DNA of 64,000 bases, from the NCBI RefSeq assembly GCF_037042905.1, contig NC_087251.1, forward strand, positions 30,010,001 through 30,074,000, in the 5' to 3' direction. Under the pieces are notes generated by a model. It was not told where the DNA came from, searched no databases, and saw only the letters and a program-made list of their open reading frames with translations. The DNA comes from Lytechinus pictus. Lineage: Eukaryota. The number at the start of each line of letters is the position of its first letter. The first letter of the stretch is position 1. The translations under genes were made by a program, and so were the position numbers. This document shows positions 12,301 through 24,556 of the stretch, one piece after another.

Positions 12301-14079
12301 TTAGAATGGAGAAAAGTGCATCTGATTTTGATGAAAATTATCAGTATTATACTTGTTTTTTCCCTATCCATAAAAATCCGCTTTTGTTGGAGTGAACTTG
12401 GCCTATAATTGAAGTTTTTGAAATATATGATCATCCATATTATTTCCAGCCCTCCCTCAACCAACATTGACCATCTTCTCTCTTATTTTTGACTTACTTT
12501 GTAGAGGGTGTTATCACCCTTGGGAATGATAAAGACGGTGGATGAACGTAGCCTAACAGGTATCTGGAACATCACCCAGATGAACAGATGGAAGTGGAAA
12601 ACAGCTGGTAAGAATAGGCTCCGAGATATATCCATTTGAAATATATCTATTAATAGGTCCTTGGTCATAGCTTATTCGTGCCTTAAATTTTATATTGGGA
12701 TCAATGCTTGGAAGTCGCTTGTGTACATGGTGTAAGATACTTGAAATGGATGCAATATCTAATTATCTCAATGCAGTGTGCAATATAGGTAGTGCTATGT
12801 CTTGACCCCTTCCCGCTGCCTTCCTTTCTCTCCGGGGTAATCTCCTCTTTCTGTTCTCTCTCCTCTCTCTGCACTACTTGCCTCTCTCTTTCTCTCTCTT
12901 CTTCTCTTTTTGTCTCTCTTCACACTGGACATTGTCTCACCTTCTTGTTGGGTGAGTGCGGGGGAGGAGATGGTACCTTGTAGGAGTTTTCCTTTCTTTT
13001 CTTCTCTTTTCTTCTCTTCTTCTTTTCTTTGTTGATATGATGTTTGTATATATATATATTTCTTTTTTGTAATGGTGCAATATTTCTTTATAATTGCCGT
13101 TCATACTATTGCACGTCTTTCACTCATGTATTTTTATAAGTTGTCATGAGATGTATGTAGGTAAGTCCCGAAATAAATTTCCTTTATGGACCTGAATAAA
13201 TTAAATTGAATTGATGTGAAATATATCTACCTAGAGTCAAGTGGTTATAACGTTCTGAGATATATGTTTCCTGTAACATAGCTGAGCTTGCACCATAGGA
13301 GGGATGTCATGAACTGTGAATTTCATGGAAGCTGCACATCGAAAAGTGTTATTTGCCAATGTTGATTTGATTAGGTCTTTGTGATTTAGTCATACATTAT
13401 ATATAATGCCATTGTGCTATAACAGGGGCAGCAAGAGCTAGGTTATTTTGTGGGGGGGGGGGGTGGCATGATGACATTAAGGGGAGACATATTTTCCTGT
13501 TATTGAATAACAGAGGTAGCATAGTGTTACATGTCCTAGACCTTTTTTCTTCTTCAGTATTCGAAATATCAATGTTAGGGTGGATTGCCCCTCCCCCCCT
13601 CCCTTATTGAGTAACAGGTAAAATTGTGCTCCATGTCCGAGACCATACCCGGCATAGGGTTAGGGATAGCCCTCTTTCTACTTTACTTCTTTTTCTGTAT
13701 TCAGTATTTGAAATATCAATGTTGAGTTAGACTGACCCCCCCCCCCCACACACACACACACACACTCCTCAGTAGTGCTTCCTGTACTATGAAACAAAAA
13801 GAGTATTACTGATGCAATACAATTTAGATGTATTTCCTTTCTTCAAGATGATTACAATCTACCCTCTTTTTTGTGTTTGTGTGAATAGGTGAAAGTCCAT
13901 CTGAACCAAGTGAAAAGTCCAACAACATCAATAGGACTAAAGGCACAACAAACACAACAGCAGCACCTACCACAACTAAAACACCAACCACTGCAACACC
14001 ACCAAGCTTTGCCTACACGCTGCAACCACAGGAAATTAAGACCTTCTTTGTCACCATGAAGGAACCATCTCAAAAATGA
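1..14079 (+). CDS. MAN2B2: Epididymis-specific alpha-mannosidase-like (GH38), 3' part. Exons: <1-308, 1452-1646, 2185-2328, 9172-9271, 9786-9902, 10480-10687, 11229-11348, 11798-11901, 12505-12607, 13889-14079
   Basis: All introns are GT-AG with compatible phases. The joined translation follows the recalled human MAN2B2 C-terminal half in order: ENDCY, FLEY...[69 protein letters not shown]. Stop TGA at 14077-14079. Confidence 0.95.
520..1110. mobile_element. Non-autonomous DNA transposon (MITE), TTAA target, Kolobok-like
   Basis: TTAA at 516-519 and 1111-1114; TIRs aggacaagtccacccc...ggggtggacttgacct. AGG..CCT ends favour Kolobok over piggyBac (inference). Confidence 0.8.
1452..1646 (+). CDS. 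MAN2B2: MAN2B2 exon
   Basis: tcacag| [34 protein letters not shown]...INETTQHFY gg|gtaata. Confidence 0.9.
2185..2328 (+). CDS. MAN2B2: MAN2B2 exon
   Basis: ttccag| [14 protein letters not shown]...[22 protein letters not shown] ag|gttggt; this donor is phase-compatible with the next exon. Confidence 0.9.
3557..8367. mobile_element. Non-autonomous DNA transposon with ~1 kb terminal inverted repeats, 3-bp TSD (CAC), TAG..CTA ends (Academ-like)
   Basis: CAC at 3554-3556 and 8368-8370. Removing the element restores the host repeat gaatcccccacctagtgctatc (cf. 3046-3067). ORFs 3800-4156(-) and 7706-8113(+) are mirror copies. No transposase seen. Confidence 0.82.
6739..7302. mobile_element. TTAA-target MITE (Kolobok-like), nested in the 3557-8367 element
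   Basis: TTAA at 6735-6738 and 7303-7306; TIRs aggggaatcca...tggattcccct. Confidence 0.8.
9172..9271 (+). CDS. MAN2B2: MAN2B2 exon
   Basis: tttcag| [33 protein letters not shown] |gtaaat. Confidence 0.9.
9280..9580. repeat. (CTT/CCT)n microsatellite, intronic
   Basis: Near-pure pyrimidine trinucleotide tract. Confidence 0.95.
9786..9902 (+). CDS. MAN2B2: MAN2B2 exon
   Basis: aatcag| [39 protein letters not shown] |gtcagt. Confidence 0.93.
9925..10185. repeat. (CAT/CAC/TAT)n microsatellite, intronic
   Basis: Degenerate trinucleotide tract. Confidence 0.95.
10480..10687 (+). CDS. MAN2B2: MAN2B2 exon
   Basis: tcatag| [25 protein letters not shown]...WLLLG...[20 protein letters not shown] g|gtacct. 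Confidence 0.92.
11229..11348 (+). CDS. MAN2B2: MAN2B2 exon
   Basis: tgtcag| [39 protein letters not shown] g|gtaagt. Confidence 0.9.
11798..11901 (+). CDS. MAN2B2: MAN2B2 exon
   Basis: tattag| [34 protein letters not shown] |gtacgt. Confidence 0.93.
12505..12607 (+). CDS. MAN2B2: MAN2B2 exon
   Basis: ttgtag| [34 protein letters not shown] g|gtaaga. Confidence 0.93.
13889..14079 (+). CDS. MAN2B2: MAN2B2 last coding exon
   Basis: gaatag| [62 protein letters not shown]. Confidence 0.9.
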
Positions 14080-15837
14080 GGATCACTTTCATGTTCTTCA
14101 AGCTGTCATCCTCTTGTTGATATCTAAAGCATCAATTTCATGTAAAAGATGAACCTCCTATTGTATTGGTGAGGGTGGTATTCTTGAAATTCTTAAGAGG
14201 AAGCAAAGTCATTTAATTCCTGAATTTTATTATTTCTTTTGGATAAGAGCGCTCAATATGGTAGTGTTATCATTATCGTCATCATAATCATTACAATCGT
14301 CATGGTCATCATCATCAATATCATCATACTCTCTATGTCTCTACTAATTACATTACAATTGATACACTATCAATGTTTGTTGTTGATAGTTTGTTACCTC
14401 TGAATATTATGCATTTTGTATTTCCATGTAGAATATGTTTGTTAAACTGCAGGGTATCTTTGTAAAGCAGTTTATAAACCTGAACAGGTTAACCCTGCAG
14501 CATAAAATGAATTTGAAAATGATATTATTATAACCATCCTCTTATCCTCCAGTTTCACAAGAAGTGTGGTATTGTTAATGTTTATCAAACTTTTATTTGA
14601 AGCCAGCCGAAGGTGCAATTTAATCTTTATGTATGTACAGTATACATGATGTAACAGTTGCAGACTGTTTCTCACTGGGGCATTTTAGCAATCACTTTGC
14701 AGAAACTTTCTAGAACGTAGAGAATCTTTTGTCAAAAGCCCTATAAGAAAGAAGCCTTTGTTGAAAATTGGTAAATCAAAACAGCAGTGTCGTCCTGGAC
14801 AAACGACATATTTGCAATTTTTTTTGTCCCTTCCGAATCTTAAGACGATGTGCTGTCCCATTCCACCAACTTTCGACAGTGACTTATCTGTCAATTGTGA
14901 TTTGATAGGCATTTTCAATAGATTCTGAATGTTGCACAAAGTGTCTGTGACATAGATGCTAAAGAACACTTATTATTGTTCAATGTAAAAATATCCCTGT
15001 TTAAAACCAGAGTATGAGTGCACCTGTTTTCTATGTATGTTTTCTATATTTTAAATAAATATTCACAGATGAAAGGATAAATTAATGAAACTTTTACAGA
15101 CAGCACGTTTAACAAAAACAGAATGGACTTCTGTCCATAGTTTTATTACTCTAGTGTTTGCACAACTATCGGTGCCATATTTGGACATTCCATAATGTAT
15201 GCAAGAAACATTAGTAGGAATTTACATTTTAATTTAAATTCTAACTTATGTACTAACCATCAATTGACACATTTAACAAAATATATCTGACTAGAAGAGC
15301 ACATATCTCAAATTTACAGTGAAATGTGAAACATTTTATTTTAATCTCTTTCTTTACACTTGAATGTATCATAATTCTGTTTGAAAGATTAAGATGTTCA
15401 ATAAAAAGTACTAAGAGTTATCAACAAAATGACACTAGTAATGTCTTTTCATGGATGTGAAAAGCCTGTAACAGATTTTCCATTAAATGACTTATAAGAT
15501 TCCAATCTTTTCCGCTTGACCATTTTTTTTTCCAGATCAAACAGGTGATTTCATTTCCTGCATGCAAGCCAGAAATGTCTTTACATGGATGTGTTCTTGT
15601 TGAATAGAACTTGAATCTCATAGTGCACTGCCATCTTTTGGTCTCAATGTCTCTATGTGTAGACAATAAAAAAACCTGGCACTTGTTTACAATTCAAACA
15701 CCCCAAAAGGTATTCATCACAATAGTTAGACCACTGATTGAATAGAATTAGTAACTCTTTGATTGATATCAACAGGATTGTTATATATGAAACCCAAGGG
15801 GGGTGTCAAGGTGAGCATCTCATGAAACAATTAGTCA

Positions 15838-16010
15838 GGTGCGATAGCTCAGTCAGCAGAGCAAGGGTTTCAGATTCCAGTGACCCAGGTTCAATTCAAA
15901 CTTCCTGCATTACAAGGTCCCTCGGAGATGACCTTAAGCTGTCGGTCATCTGGTTATTTGCTTACAAGCATTCATGCTTTCTTAGCAATCAGATAAAAAA
16001 AATCACCATT
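15838..16010 (+). mobile_element. tRNA-derived SINE
   Basis: Head ggtgcgatagctcagtcagcagagc (A box) ... ccaggttcaattc (B box), followed by a non-tRNA body. Confidence 0.7.
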
Positions 16011-16036
16011 TACCATTTTCACTGGCGACTGTTCTG

Positions 16037-16200
16037 GGAAGCATTTCATCAATATTTTTTTTTTTCACAAAAAAAAATGGTCAGATCTGAAATTTTCCTT
16101 GAATTTGATTGACTGAGAAGCACTGTCAATATGACAACTATCGCATAAAACAGCACTTGTCTGATAAAACGTCAAACAATTCCTTTCATGAAATGCTCCC
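16037..16200. mobile_element. PIF/Harbinger-like MITE
   Basis: TSD CTG at 16034-16036 and 16201-16203; TIRs ggaagcatttcat...atgaaatgctccc. Confidence 0.7.
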
Positions 16201-18504
16201 CTGTACTCACATGTCTTCTATTTTTAACTATGTATACCTAGTCCTACATTTCGCAAATAATCGGAAATGAGTACTTGACACATTTTAAAAAATACATTTT
16301 GCTCTTACAAGAACAACAACTACACACACGTGTATACAACCAGCAAGATTTTAAGTTCAACCAGAAATGCCCTTTCAGAATAACGTTAGTTACTGTACGC
16401 CAAGTCATGCTGTGGCATTTAGTCCTTACACACTTTCAGATATCAAATAAATGCAGCAGCATAGATCATGCTATAATATCTTGTAAAAGGCATACGGACT
16501 AGCAGCCGTAACAGCCCCACCTCAAGTCCTCAACTATTCATATCAGGCCAGGTTCAATACCCACAATGCAACATTATGTGCAGTGTAGTCTTCTAATATA
16601 GGACCATGAGAAAGATAACACACTAAATCATTACTCAATACATTTACATCGACCGCGTTACAATCATGTTACCAATAAGCAGAACAAACACTTTTCCTCT
16701 CGAAAGCGTTTGTTTCTATACATGAACAAGATTATAGGCTAATTTATCCTCTGTATTACCCATGGTTATCTGAAAAGTTAAGACAAGCCATTTATAACAC
16801 ACAGTTTTGGTCAGTTTGCTCCCCCTTTAAGCATTTCTATACATGTATGTACATGTATCCCATTATCTTACAGAATTAGACCTGTCATGAAAAGAGGAAA
16901 TGACGAAAACCAAAGTCTAGTACATAAGAGTAAATAATTATACACACAGAGGAACATATTTTGGGGAATGTGTTATATTCCACTTGTATGGACAAGAATT
17001 TGAAAAATTCAAAAATATGTTACTAGTCAAAGTAAAAGGAAATTATAACATGCCAATATGAAAATACAGATTCATTTGAATCAGAAAATAAAATTATATA
17101 GAATGGAAAAAATAAATCAGATGAATTGAACAAATATCAAAGGAAACTTGTCTATATTCCAAATGACAGACATTGGTTTATCCAAAGTAGGTTATGAAAA
17201 AAAAATTATGTCTCCAATCTAAAGTCTTAATAATCCTATTATTACAAGTGTTGATTATAAAGACAATGTTCTTCCACATGTTTAGTTTCTTCTAACTTTT
17301 ATGTTGTTACAGGTGGATACAAAATTGATATCAAATTATTACTTGTTTTCTTAACAAAATGCTCTTAAAGTATGGGATCTGACACATCATTGAGCATAAT
17401 TAGTTGTGAGTGGTGGAATAAAAGAGAAAAGCTTGCACGCATCAGAATGAAGGTAAGGTGAGGTTCAATATTGAAACAAATGTTCTTATAATCAAAGTAT
17501 TGAATGATCTTGGCACTATAAACCAAAACATGTTAACTACATGTAGTTTATCAATGCATTTAAAATTCAAATCTTTGCTTGATGCAGGTATACATGTAGT
17601 GTACCATACACCAGTTACACAGATCTTCCATCAAGGGTAGAAAAAAGTTGAATGAATACCAACCACTTTCTATTTAATAACGTGAGGAAGGTCATATTTT
17701 TCTGGTGAAATAACTCCTTGTTACCAGCATTGACTTGGTCAGAGTGTGCTCTCAATTATCCCATCATACACATTACTGCAAGTCTTTATAAGCCTGTTCA
17801 TGATTGTAAACTGCGCACGAGCAGAAAAGGGTCATTTGAGATAAACCATGAAGGTGGCTTTCAAATTTACTGACATAGGCATTTGAGATTTGATGATTAC
17901 TCATGTATTCCTTTCAAACTATTCTTTTCATCACATCCAAGCTGAAAGCCTTCATAACTTGACAGTAGCCTAAATAATAGTCAAATGTGCCAAAGGCAGA
18001 CAATAAAACAGATTTCCAAACTTTACCCCTGATGTACTATTCTAGTTGCCTAGTCTATACAATGCCAAGCTTATGCGACATCTCCATTTGAAAATGAAAA
18101 ATGTCATCCTAATGAAAAATCGCAAGATCATTTGAGAAAGGTTGATCATGAGCTAACCGTGAACTGGCTTCTTGTGAAACTTGTGGAATAATTTTTATTT
18201 TTTTCTTCTTCACTTTTTACCCATCCTTGAATTTCCCTTATTGAAACAAAGAAAAAAGAGAAAGGAACATTTTTTTAGGTTACATATACATATATTCATT
18301 ACAGCAATGCATTCATAAAACTATATGGAATTCAGCACATTTTCAAAATAAACATCAAAAAGTTAATACTAGACAAATGTGGAGGGAGGGCAAGAAGGTG
18401 AATCAAAGTTCACACATTACAGCATTTTGGGATCCTTGCATTTTGAAACAATCATTTCAATTCATATCTAAAAACCTATCAAACATTTTCATATACCATG
18501 CGAG

Positions 18505-19115
18505 TCAAAAACTTGACGACTCACATATCCCCAATTTAAGGAAAAAAACATGTCATAAACACATAATTATTATATATGGCCCAAAAGAGTATGTTCTCCC
18601 AAAAAATTTGATACCATATATATGATGTATGTGTTATCGCTTGGATGATCAGGAGGTATTCTTTGCAGCGATGTAAATTTTTATTTGCGCCAAAGTAAGG
18701 CATGACTGCTACGAATGAATCCAGATGTCAATGGTGTCTACAAGGGTTGCATTAAAATCCATTTCAAAACACCTTTTAAATAATTTAAATTTTATTGTTT
18801 AATGAACACTTCTTTTTTGTATGGATTTTCAAGTTAATTTCATGGTAAAGGGATATGCAGATGTTTACTAACTCATGTAGGATTATGACATTGACATCTG
18901 GACTCATTAATTGCAGTCATACCTTACTTTGGCGCAAATCAAAATTTAAAGCACTGCAAAGAACACCTACTGATTATCCAAGCATGGAGACATACCACAT
19001 AAATATGGTAATAAATTATTTGGCAGAAGACAATTATTCCCGCTAATTATAATAATTATGTATTCATTACATATTTTTTCCTTAATTTGGGAGTTTTTGA
19101 GGTGTCAAGTTTTTT
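18505..19115. repeat. ~600 bp imperfect palindrome (foldback MITE-like)
   Basis: For example tttgcgccaaagtaagggcatgactgc..tccagatgtcaatg is mirrored by cattgacatctgga..gcagtcataccttactttggcgcaaa; the arms extend to aacttgac / gtcaagtt. Confidence 0.8.
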
Positions 19116-19654
19116 TTATTCAATCGGTAGTTAGTTCAACAAATGAATAGTGGTCAACAACCTTGTATAACAATAGTATAAATTCTATTTTTCAAGGTCA
19201 TAAGTTTTCACAAATAACAGGGGTTCTTGGCTTTTGCACAAGTTTCCTGACACACTTGACACTTTCCTCAGCAAAAGCAGAGAAAAAATCATAAACTATG
19301 TCACAAAAGCATTCATTATTGTTTCATTTTGTACACAAATACATTTATTTACCATAAATATTTCCATGTAAAAACTAGTGATAAGTTTGCAAAAGTGTTG
19401 AGATGCCACTGTATGTAAAGATACACTGAATAAATATCCAACTGAAAACAAAATTTGACAGTTATATATGAATATTTGAAAGGATCTTTACCCCTTTCAT
19501 TACTGATTATTAAATACAAGTTCAGAATATACAATGCTATCAAACCTCACTTTAATTCACATGAGAACAAACCCAATTAGCTATAGTAGGTCCAAACAAT
19601 ATGAAAATTATGAATCAAGTAATCTTTGAATGACATGTTGACTGCAAAGATTAT

Positions 19655-19862
19655 TCGCTTACTTGCCCCTGTCCCGTAAAGCTTGTTTCTTTACTTGCCT
19701 CTTGCCAACAAAACTTTTATCTTAACTTGCCCATTGCCCACAAAGCTTGTTTCTTTACTAGCCCGTTGCCAACAAAACCTGTATCTTAACTTGCCCATTT
19801 CCCATTAAGCTTGTTTCTGTACCTGCCCATTGCCCCAAAAGCCTTTTTTTTTACTTGCCCTT
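19655..19862. repeat. ~31-33 bp tandem repeat (acttgccc...aaagcttgtttcttt), ~6-7 units, overlapping the YIF1 stop codon
   Basis: Units visible at about 19661, 19693, 19726, 19757, 19789, 19821, 19853. Confidence 0.85.
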
Positions 19863-20018
19863 GACGACTATCTGGCCTGTAAGATGGTAAGTTAACCAGT
19901 AAATAAAGATGGGTTGCATGATAGCAATGAAGAGCAGGATGTACATTCTTCTCTTGCTGCCGTGGCCCATACCGTCTTCATGGGATTCGGGTAAGATGAT
20001 TAGCTTTAAGTTCCTAAC
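19851..20018 (-). CDS. YIF1B: YIF1 last coding exon
   Basis: ctctag| [55 protein letters not shown]. Confidence 0.93.
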   Translation of the reverse strand, partial: VRNLKLIILPESHEDGMGHGSKRRMYILLFIAIMQPIFIYWLTYHLTGQIVVKGK

Positions 20019-23000
20019 CTAGAGGGAAGAAAGGACAAGAGGAATGATCTTGCAGTTCAGTTTTCACCTTAGTGTTTCTCAATCACGATCATTTCACAAT
20101 TCCTAATATTACAGCTAGCGTATCATCAATCAATTATTGTAATAATTCTATTGTAAGTATTACCCCTACTGTATATGATCGATCATTCCTTTACAGTTCT
20201 ATAAAAATCCTCCCTTGTACTAATTTGTGGTTTATGATTCCATTTTTATCATATTGAAGCCAATCTGACTAAAACTGGCCTACCTTGAAATGGTTTGGGA
20301 ATGTTTACGAACTGAAGTAATATTCTATTTCTATCAGACCATGCTTGTAGTGAATGGTATGACACAAAGTGGTATAAATGAAAAACAAAACATTGTACAT
20401 ATATGCCACATCATTTCAGAATTTAAAAATGAATTGAACTTAATAGAAATTTGAATAACATTCAATGATTGTTATCAACTATGGAATACAGAAGACAAAG
20501 ACATTAAGTATTTGAATTCTGTGAATTTTTGATACGGTCGGGATATCATGAACTGTATTTGGCTACCTGACGATATATTTGTACTCACCAAAAAGAAGAC
20601 TATTGAGACACTTGTGTAGAAGAATGCAATGTAATAGAAGAATGAACCAAACGTGACACTGGCAAGGAGACATACAATCATGCTGCAAAACACAAAGAAA
20701 CAAGGAATATGCATTTACAATTAGCCATTCCACCTGATATATTACATGTACTCCTTTGAAACTTGAGTATGAATAATTGACGTGTAATTGCAATGGAATT
20801 CTGAGACACCATAAAAAGAGGTTGATGTATGTTTTCGTCCAGTTGCTATCACTAATACTGCCATTCTTGATGACTTATCAATATATGAAACTTATTTTTT
20901 CATTTCTCAATTTTTTAATGAATAATGTATTTAAAGCATAAGAAGTGTAAGATAAGTGCAAAATGATATGCACTACTCAAATGTTTCTTGTCCCATTCAA
21001 GTCTAGCATTGCATCACCTGAATAAGCACATCCTGATATACAGCCAGCAGTAAACGATACCAAAAATTCATCATAACAATTGGCAATCCCTTTTTTGGTT
21101 GGGAATCAACCACAATTCCATCAAAATGAAAACCACTAGTGAATGCACATGTAGCAGAAATAGCTTTGCATTTTTTTTTTACATCTTACCCATCCTATTT
21201 GGTGATAATCAGCTGATAATATTGATTAATTTATCATTGTAGTGTACACCAACATCTAAGCTTGATTCCTAATTACATAAAAAGGCGTTTGAAACTTTGG
21301 GTCATTTATGAATAAGAAAAAAAATGAATATATCCATTCACGCTCACCTAACATATTTATATCCACAAAATGCCACCAGATCCAGTTTTCTGAGTGCAGT
21401 AAGAATGTTAGTGATGTACATGGTGATGATAACAGCTACTACCTCAATGATGAACCAAACAAGAGCAGAGCTACCTTGTCTTCCAAGCATTTCAGGACTG
21501 AATCTGAAATAAAGAAACAAAATGCACAGATTTGAAAAATCTGCCAACTTATCAAAGGTTTTACTACTATAGACAAAGCATAGACATGATGATGCATGTT
21601 TTATTTTGGTGATGTCAACACTGACACAGGCACACAGCTGGGCCCCGTCTTACAAAGAGTTGCGATTGATCCAATCCACCACAACTATGGAAAGCCAGCA
21701 ACGTCAACATCTCAAATGCAAATTTGTTCAAAATATTTCCTAGATATGATTTGTATTTATACATTCATCATTTCTTTGATAGTTCAGTGTGCTTCTCTTT
21801 GTTTGTAAAGGACATTGTGCAAATTTCCTGAAGAAAAAATATGGTATGAATGAATTTACATGCAGTTGAGATTGATCAGATCTTGTAACTCTTTGTAAGA
21901 AGGGGCCCAGATGTTTTAAAGGGCGAGTCCATTCCCCAAAAGTGGATTTGAATAAATAGAGAAAAATCAGACAGGTATAACGCTGAAAATGTCAACAAAA
22001 ATGAAAAAAAAAAAATTACACAGTTGGCATGCAAATGAAAGGATCTATGATGTTACACACTCGGTCACTATTCATTCTATGCAATAAAGAATACTGCAAA
22101 ATTTGCAGATTTGGAAATAAGCATCTCCATTGAATTGCAATAGGGTTGCAACAATGGCAACCTGCATATTTAAGGAGGAATCAAAGCTTGCATCATATTA
22201 TGAGAAAAAATCAAGTTATTCCATATTATAAAATACAAAAGAAATAGTAAGTGGGAGGCATCATCAGATTCCTCATTTGCATAACTGATTTGTGAAATTA
22301 CAGGAAACTTTAAAATATAACTTTCTCTTTATGATTTGATTTCTCTTTTCATTAAAATCAACTTTTGTTTGAGATGAACTATCCCTTTAACTTGCAGGTC
22401 ATTGAATGTTTTGCAACATATTTTCAAACTATATACAATTTTTTACATGTAACTATGAACCATAAAAAAATAAATCATCAATATTCAAGTCAAGTTCACT
22501 ATGAAATACATACAAGAAAAATTGTACAGGTTAAAAAATCTCAAGTAGTTTTTATTTTTTCTCTAAATTACCTTTGTTGTTGTCCGAGTGCTACCCCAGC
22601 AAGCAGAAGATATGTGACAAATGCCATAGCAGGGATATAAAGATCAGGAGCATTGACTTCATAGCGTGGGGCTACCGGCTCCTCTTGATTATAACGAATT
22701 GTCCAATCCTACAATAAATAATATTTAGTACTAGTATTACATTGTGACAGAAGTAGAACAGTATATTTGAACATGTGGGTCTATGTAGAACTGATTTTAA
22801 CTTCTCGATATTTAATCTTCATGACTTATCTGTACAGTTATGCTGTATGTATTTTGAAGGTCCTAAATTCATGCGTCTGTTTTGTTTCAAAGAACAATAT
22901 ATTATCTTTCACTCAATCCTGCATTAACAGTTTAATTTTTCAATCTACACTGTATCGCCAAGTTAACCACAATAATAAAAATATGAATTGTATTTCTGCT

Positions 23001-23955
23001 AATTTGATAATGGTGCAATAGAATTTTAGGACAATAATGATAAATAAACAAATTAAGTCACTTACCGTATGTGAAAATGGAAAGAGTAAAATAAGGAGCT
23101 TCTTTGCGACATAGGTGGTATCTACTGCAAAATAGTACTTGAGTTTGCTGACAGACATAAATCTGTCAATCTGTGATAACAAAACAGAAAACATTCAGCT
23201 GATCAAAAGTGACCAGAATAGGCTATCTATTCTCTCATCTTCTATTTCAGTCTATTATTTCTTGGTATGACAAAGAATTACTGTTCTATATATTTGAAAC
23301 TGGATCATATGGTAGTCTATGAGTTCAGTTATGTTTTCTTCTTTTGGAAGCTCCAGTAATCACATTAATTATCAATACGTTAAGTAGTACAGGTTAAAGT
23401 CACTATATTTACCACAGATTGAATGTGGTGGATTTATCAACAATTCTAATTTCTAAACATTCACATCACTCTGTTTAAATTTCTCCACAGGCAATATCTA
23501 TTATAAGACTGAGTTACAGGTTACATGTAGATAGATTTCTTCAGAGATAATACTTTTACAGTAAATCCAAGATAGTTCATTTGCCACTGTTGTAAATTTA
23601 CACAAAATCAGATTCACATGAACACTAACAGGTGACTACAATGGAGGAAAGGGGAGAAGTCAGAAAAATTAAATCACCTGTTTTTCAACTACATCCTTCC
23701 CTTGGTCAGCCAACGATGCCCCATACTGCATGGCCATATTGGCCATGGGATCGTTCATCAGGTTCTGTCCAGGGTATTGCATAGGACCTGGTGGACCTCC
23801 GTATGGATTCTCTTGCATTCCTCCTGGTGGGGGTGGTTGTGCCCCTACCCCCTGGGGTGGGGGCATACCGGTGCTAGTATCATCAAACAGTTGGGGTTGT
23901 CTACCCTGCTGCTGCTTGGCTCGAGGTTTCCTCTGGTGCCCTTGCCTTTGTTGAG
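19851..23955 (-). CDS. YIF1B: Protein YIF1 (YIF1A/YIF1B family ER-Golgi membrane trafficking protein). Exons: 23955-23678, 23170-23066, 22708-22572, 21503-21348, 20682-20589, 20018-19851
   Basis: GT-AG introns with compatible phases. Yif1 motifs: [88 protein letters not shown]. Stop TAA at 19853-19851. The A versus B label may not apply to an invertebrate gene. Confidence 0.94.
20589..20682 (-). CDS. YIF1B: YIF1 exon
   Basis: ttgcag| [31 protein letters not shown] |gtgagt. Confidence 0.93.
21348..21503 (-). CDS. YIF1B: YIF1 exon
   Basis: tttcag| [21 protein letters not shown]...[14 protein letters not shown] ag|gtgagc. Confidence 0.95.
21641..21907. mobile_element. MITE, probably Harbinger-like
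   Basis: TIRs ggccccgtcttacaaagagtt...aactctttgtaagaaggggcc; flanks are CTG and CAG (imperfect CWG TSD). Confidence 0.72.
21920..22386. mobile_element. Degraded TTAA-target MITE related to 520-1110
   Basis: TTAA on both sides; agggcgagtccattcc...gaactatccct; shares internal text with 520-1110 (gaaaaatc..a..ataac.ctgaaaat). Confidence 0.72.
22572..22708 (-). CDS. YIF1B: YIF1 exon
   Basis: ttgtag| [45 protein letters not shown] ag|gtaatt. Confidence 0.95.
23066..23170 (-). CDS. YIF1B: YIF1 exon
   Basis: cacag| [35 protein letters not shown] |gtaagt. Confidence 0.95.
23678..23955 (-). CDS. YIF1B: YIF1 exon (Pro/Gly/Gln-rich N-terminal region)
   Basis: atgtag| [35 protein letters not shown]...[12 protein letters not shown] |gtgatt. 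Confidence 0.88.
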
Positions 23956-24254
23956 CTACATTATTTTGAATTATTAAAAAACAAATTCAAAGAAATCAAG
24001 TTAGAATTACACTGTATGTGTCTGACTGTGTAGCACATTTTAACAACATGGAATAATCAATACTCAAAATTTTAAGAGATAGTGGGGGGGTAGTAAGAAT
24101 AAATAATGACCATCTCATGTTGTTACAGTGAAATTATAATTTTTCTTGTATTTCAATTATGCACTTGGTACATCTTGTCTTGTCTTTCTGTTAATGCCCA
24201 CAATCATTATATTGACTATTATGGCATATGAACGTCAAGATTGACTTGACCTGA

Positions 24255-24556
24255 ATTTTGCCGAGACCGGCAGGTGCAATACACCGGGTGAACACCCTAG
24301 TCTTCGACAAATAGTGTATTGGTTTTAACGTGCATAGGTTTTGACTCTCCTATACACAAGACCAGCATTTGCATCCTTTCCAACTGCATTCACACCTGCA
24401 CTGAATACATTGGTGAGGCATGCTTACACACAACGCTATAGGATCAGAGTTTTTGTTAGACGTGTTTCGGCATGAGTGGGACTCTAACCCCTCATGTTGA
24501 GCTCTGTGATCTTATCCGAAACATGCGCTCTAACCGACTGACCTACGCTGCCTCCA
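24255..24556 (-). mobile_element. tRNA-derived SINE in YIF1 intron 1
   Basis: Minus-strand head ggaggcagcgtaggtcagtcggttagagcg...ggttagagtccc (A/B boxes). Confidence 0.65.

Noticed and set aside
15838..15905. tRNA genes here and at 24470-24556 and 42220-42285
   Set aside because: A/B boxes are present but the cloverleafs are broken and followed by SINE bodies
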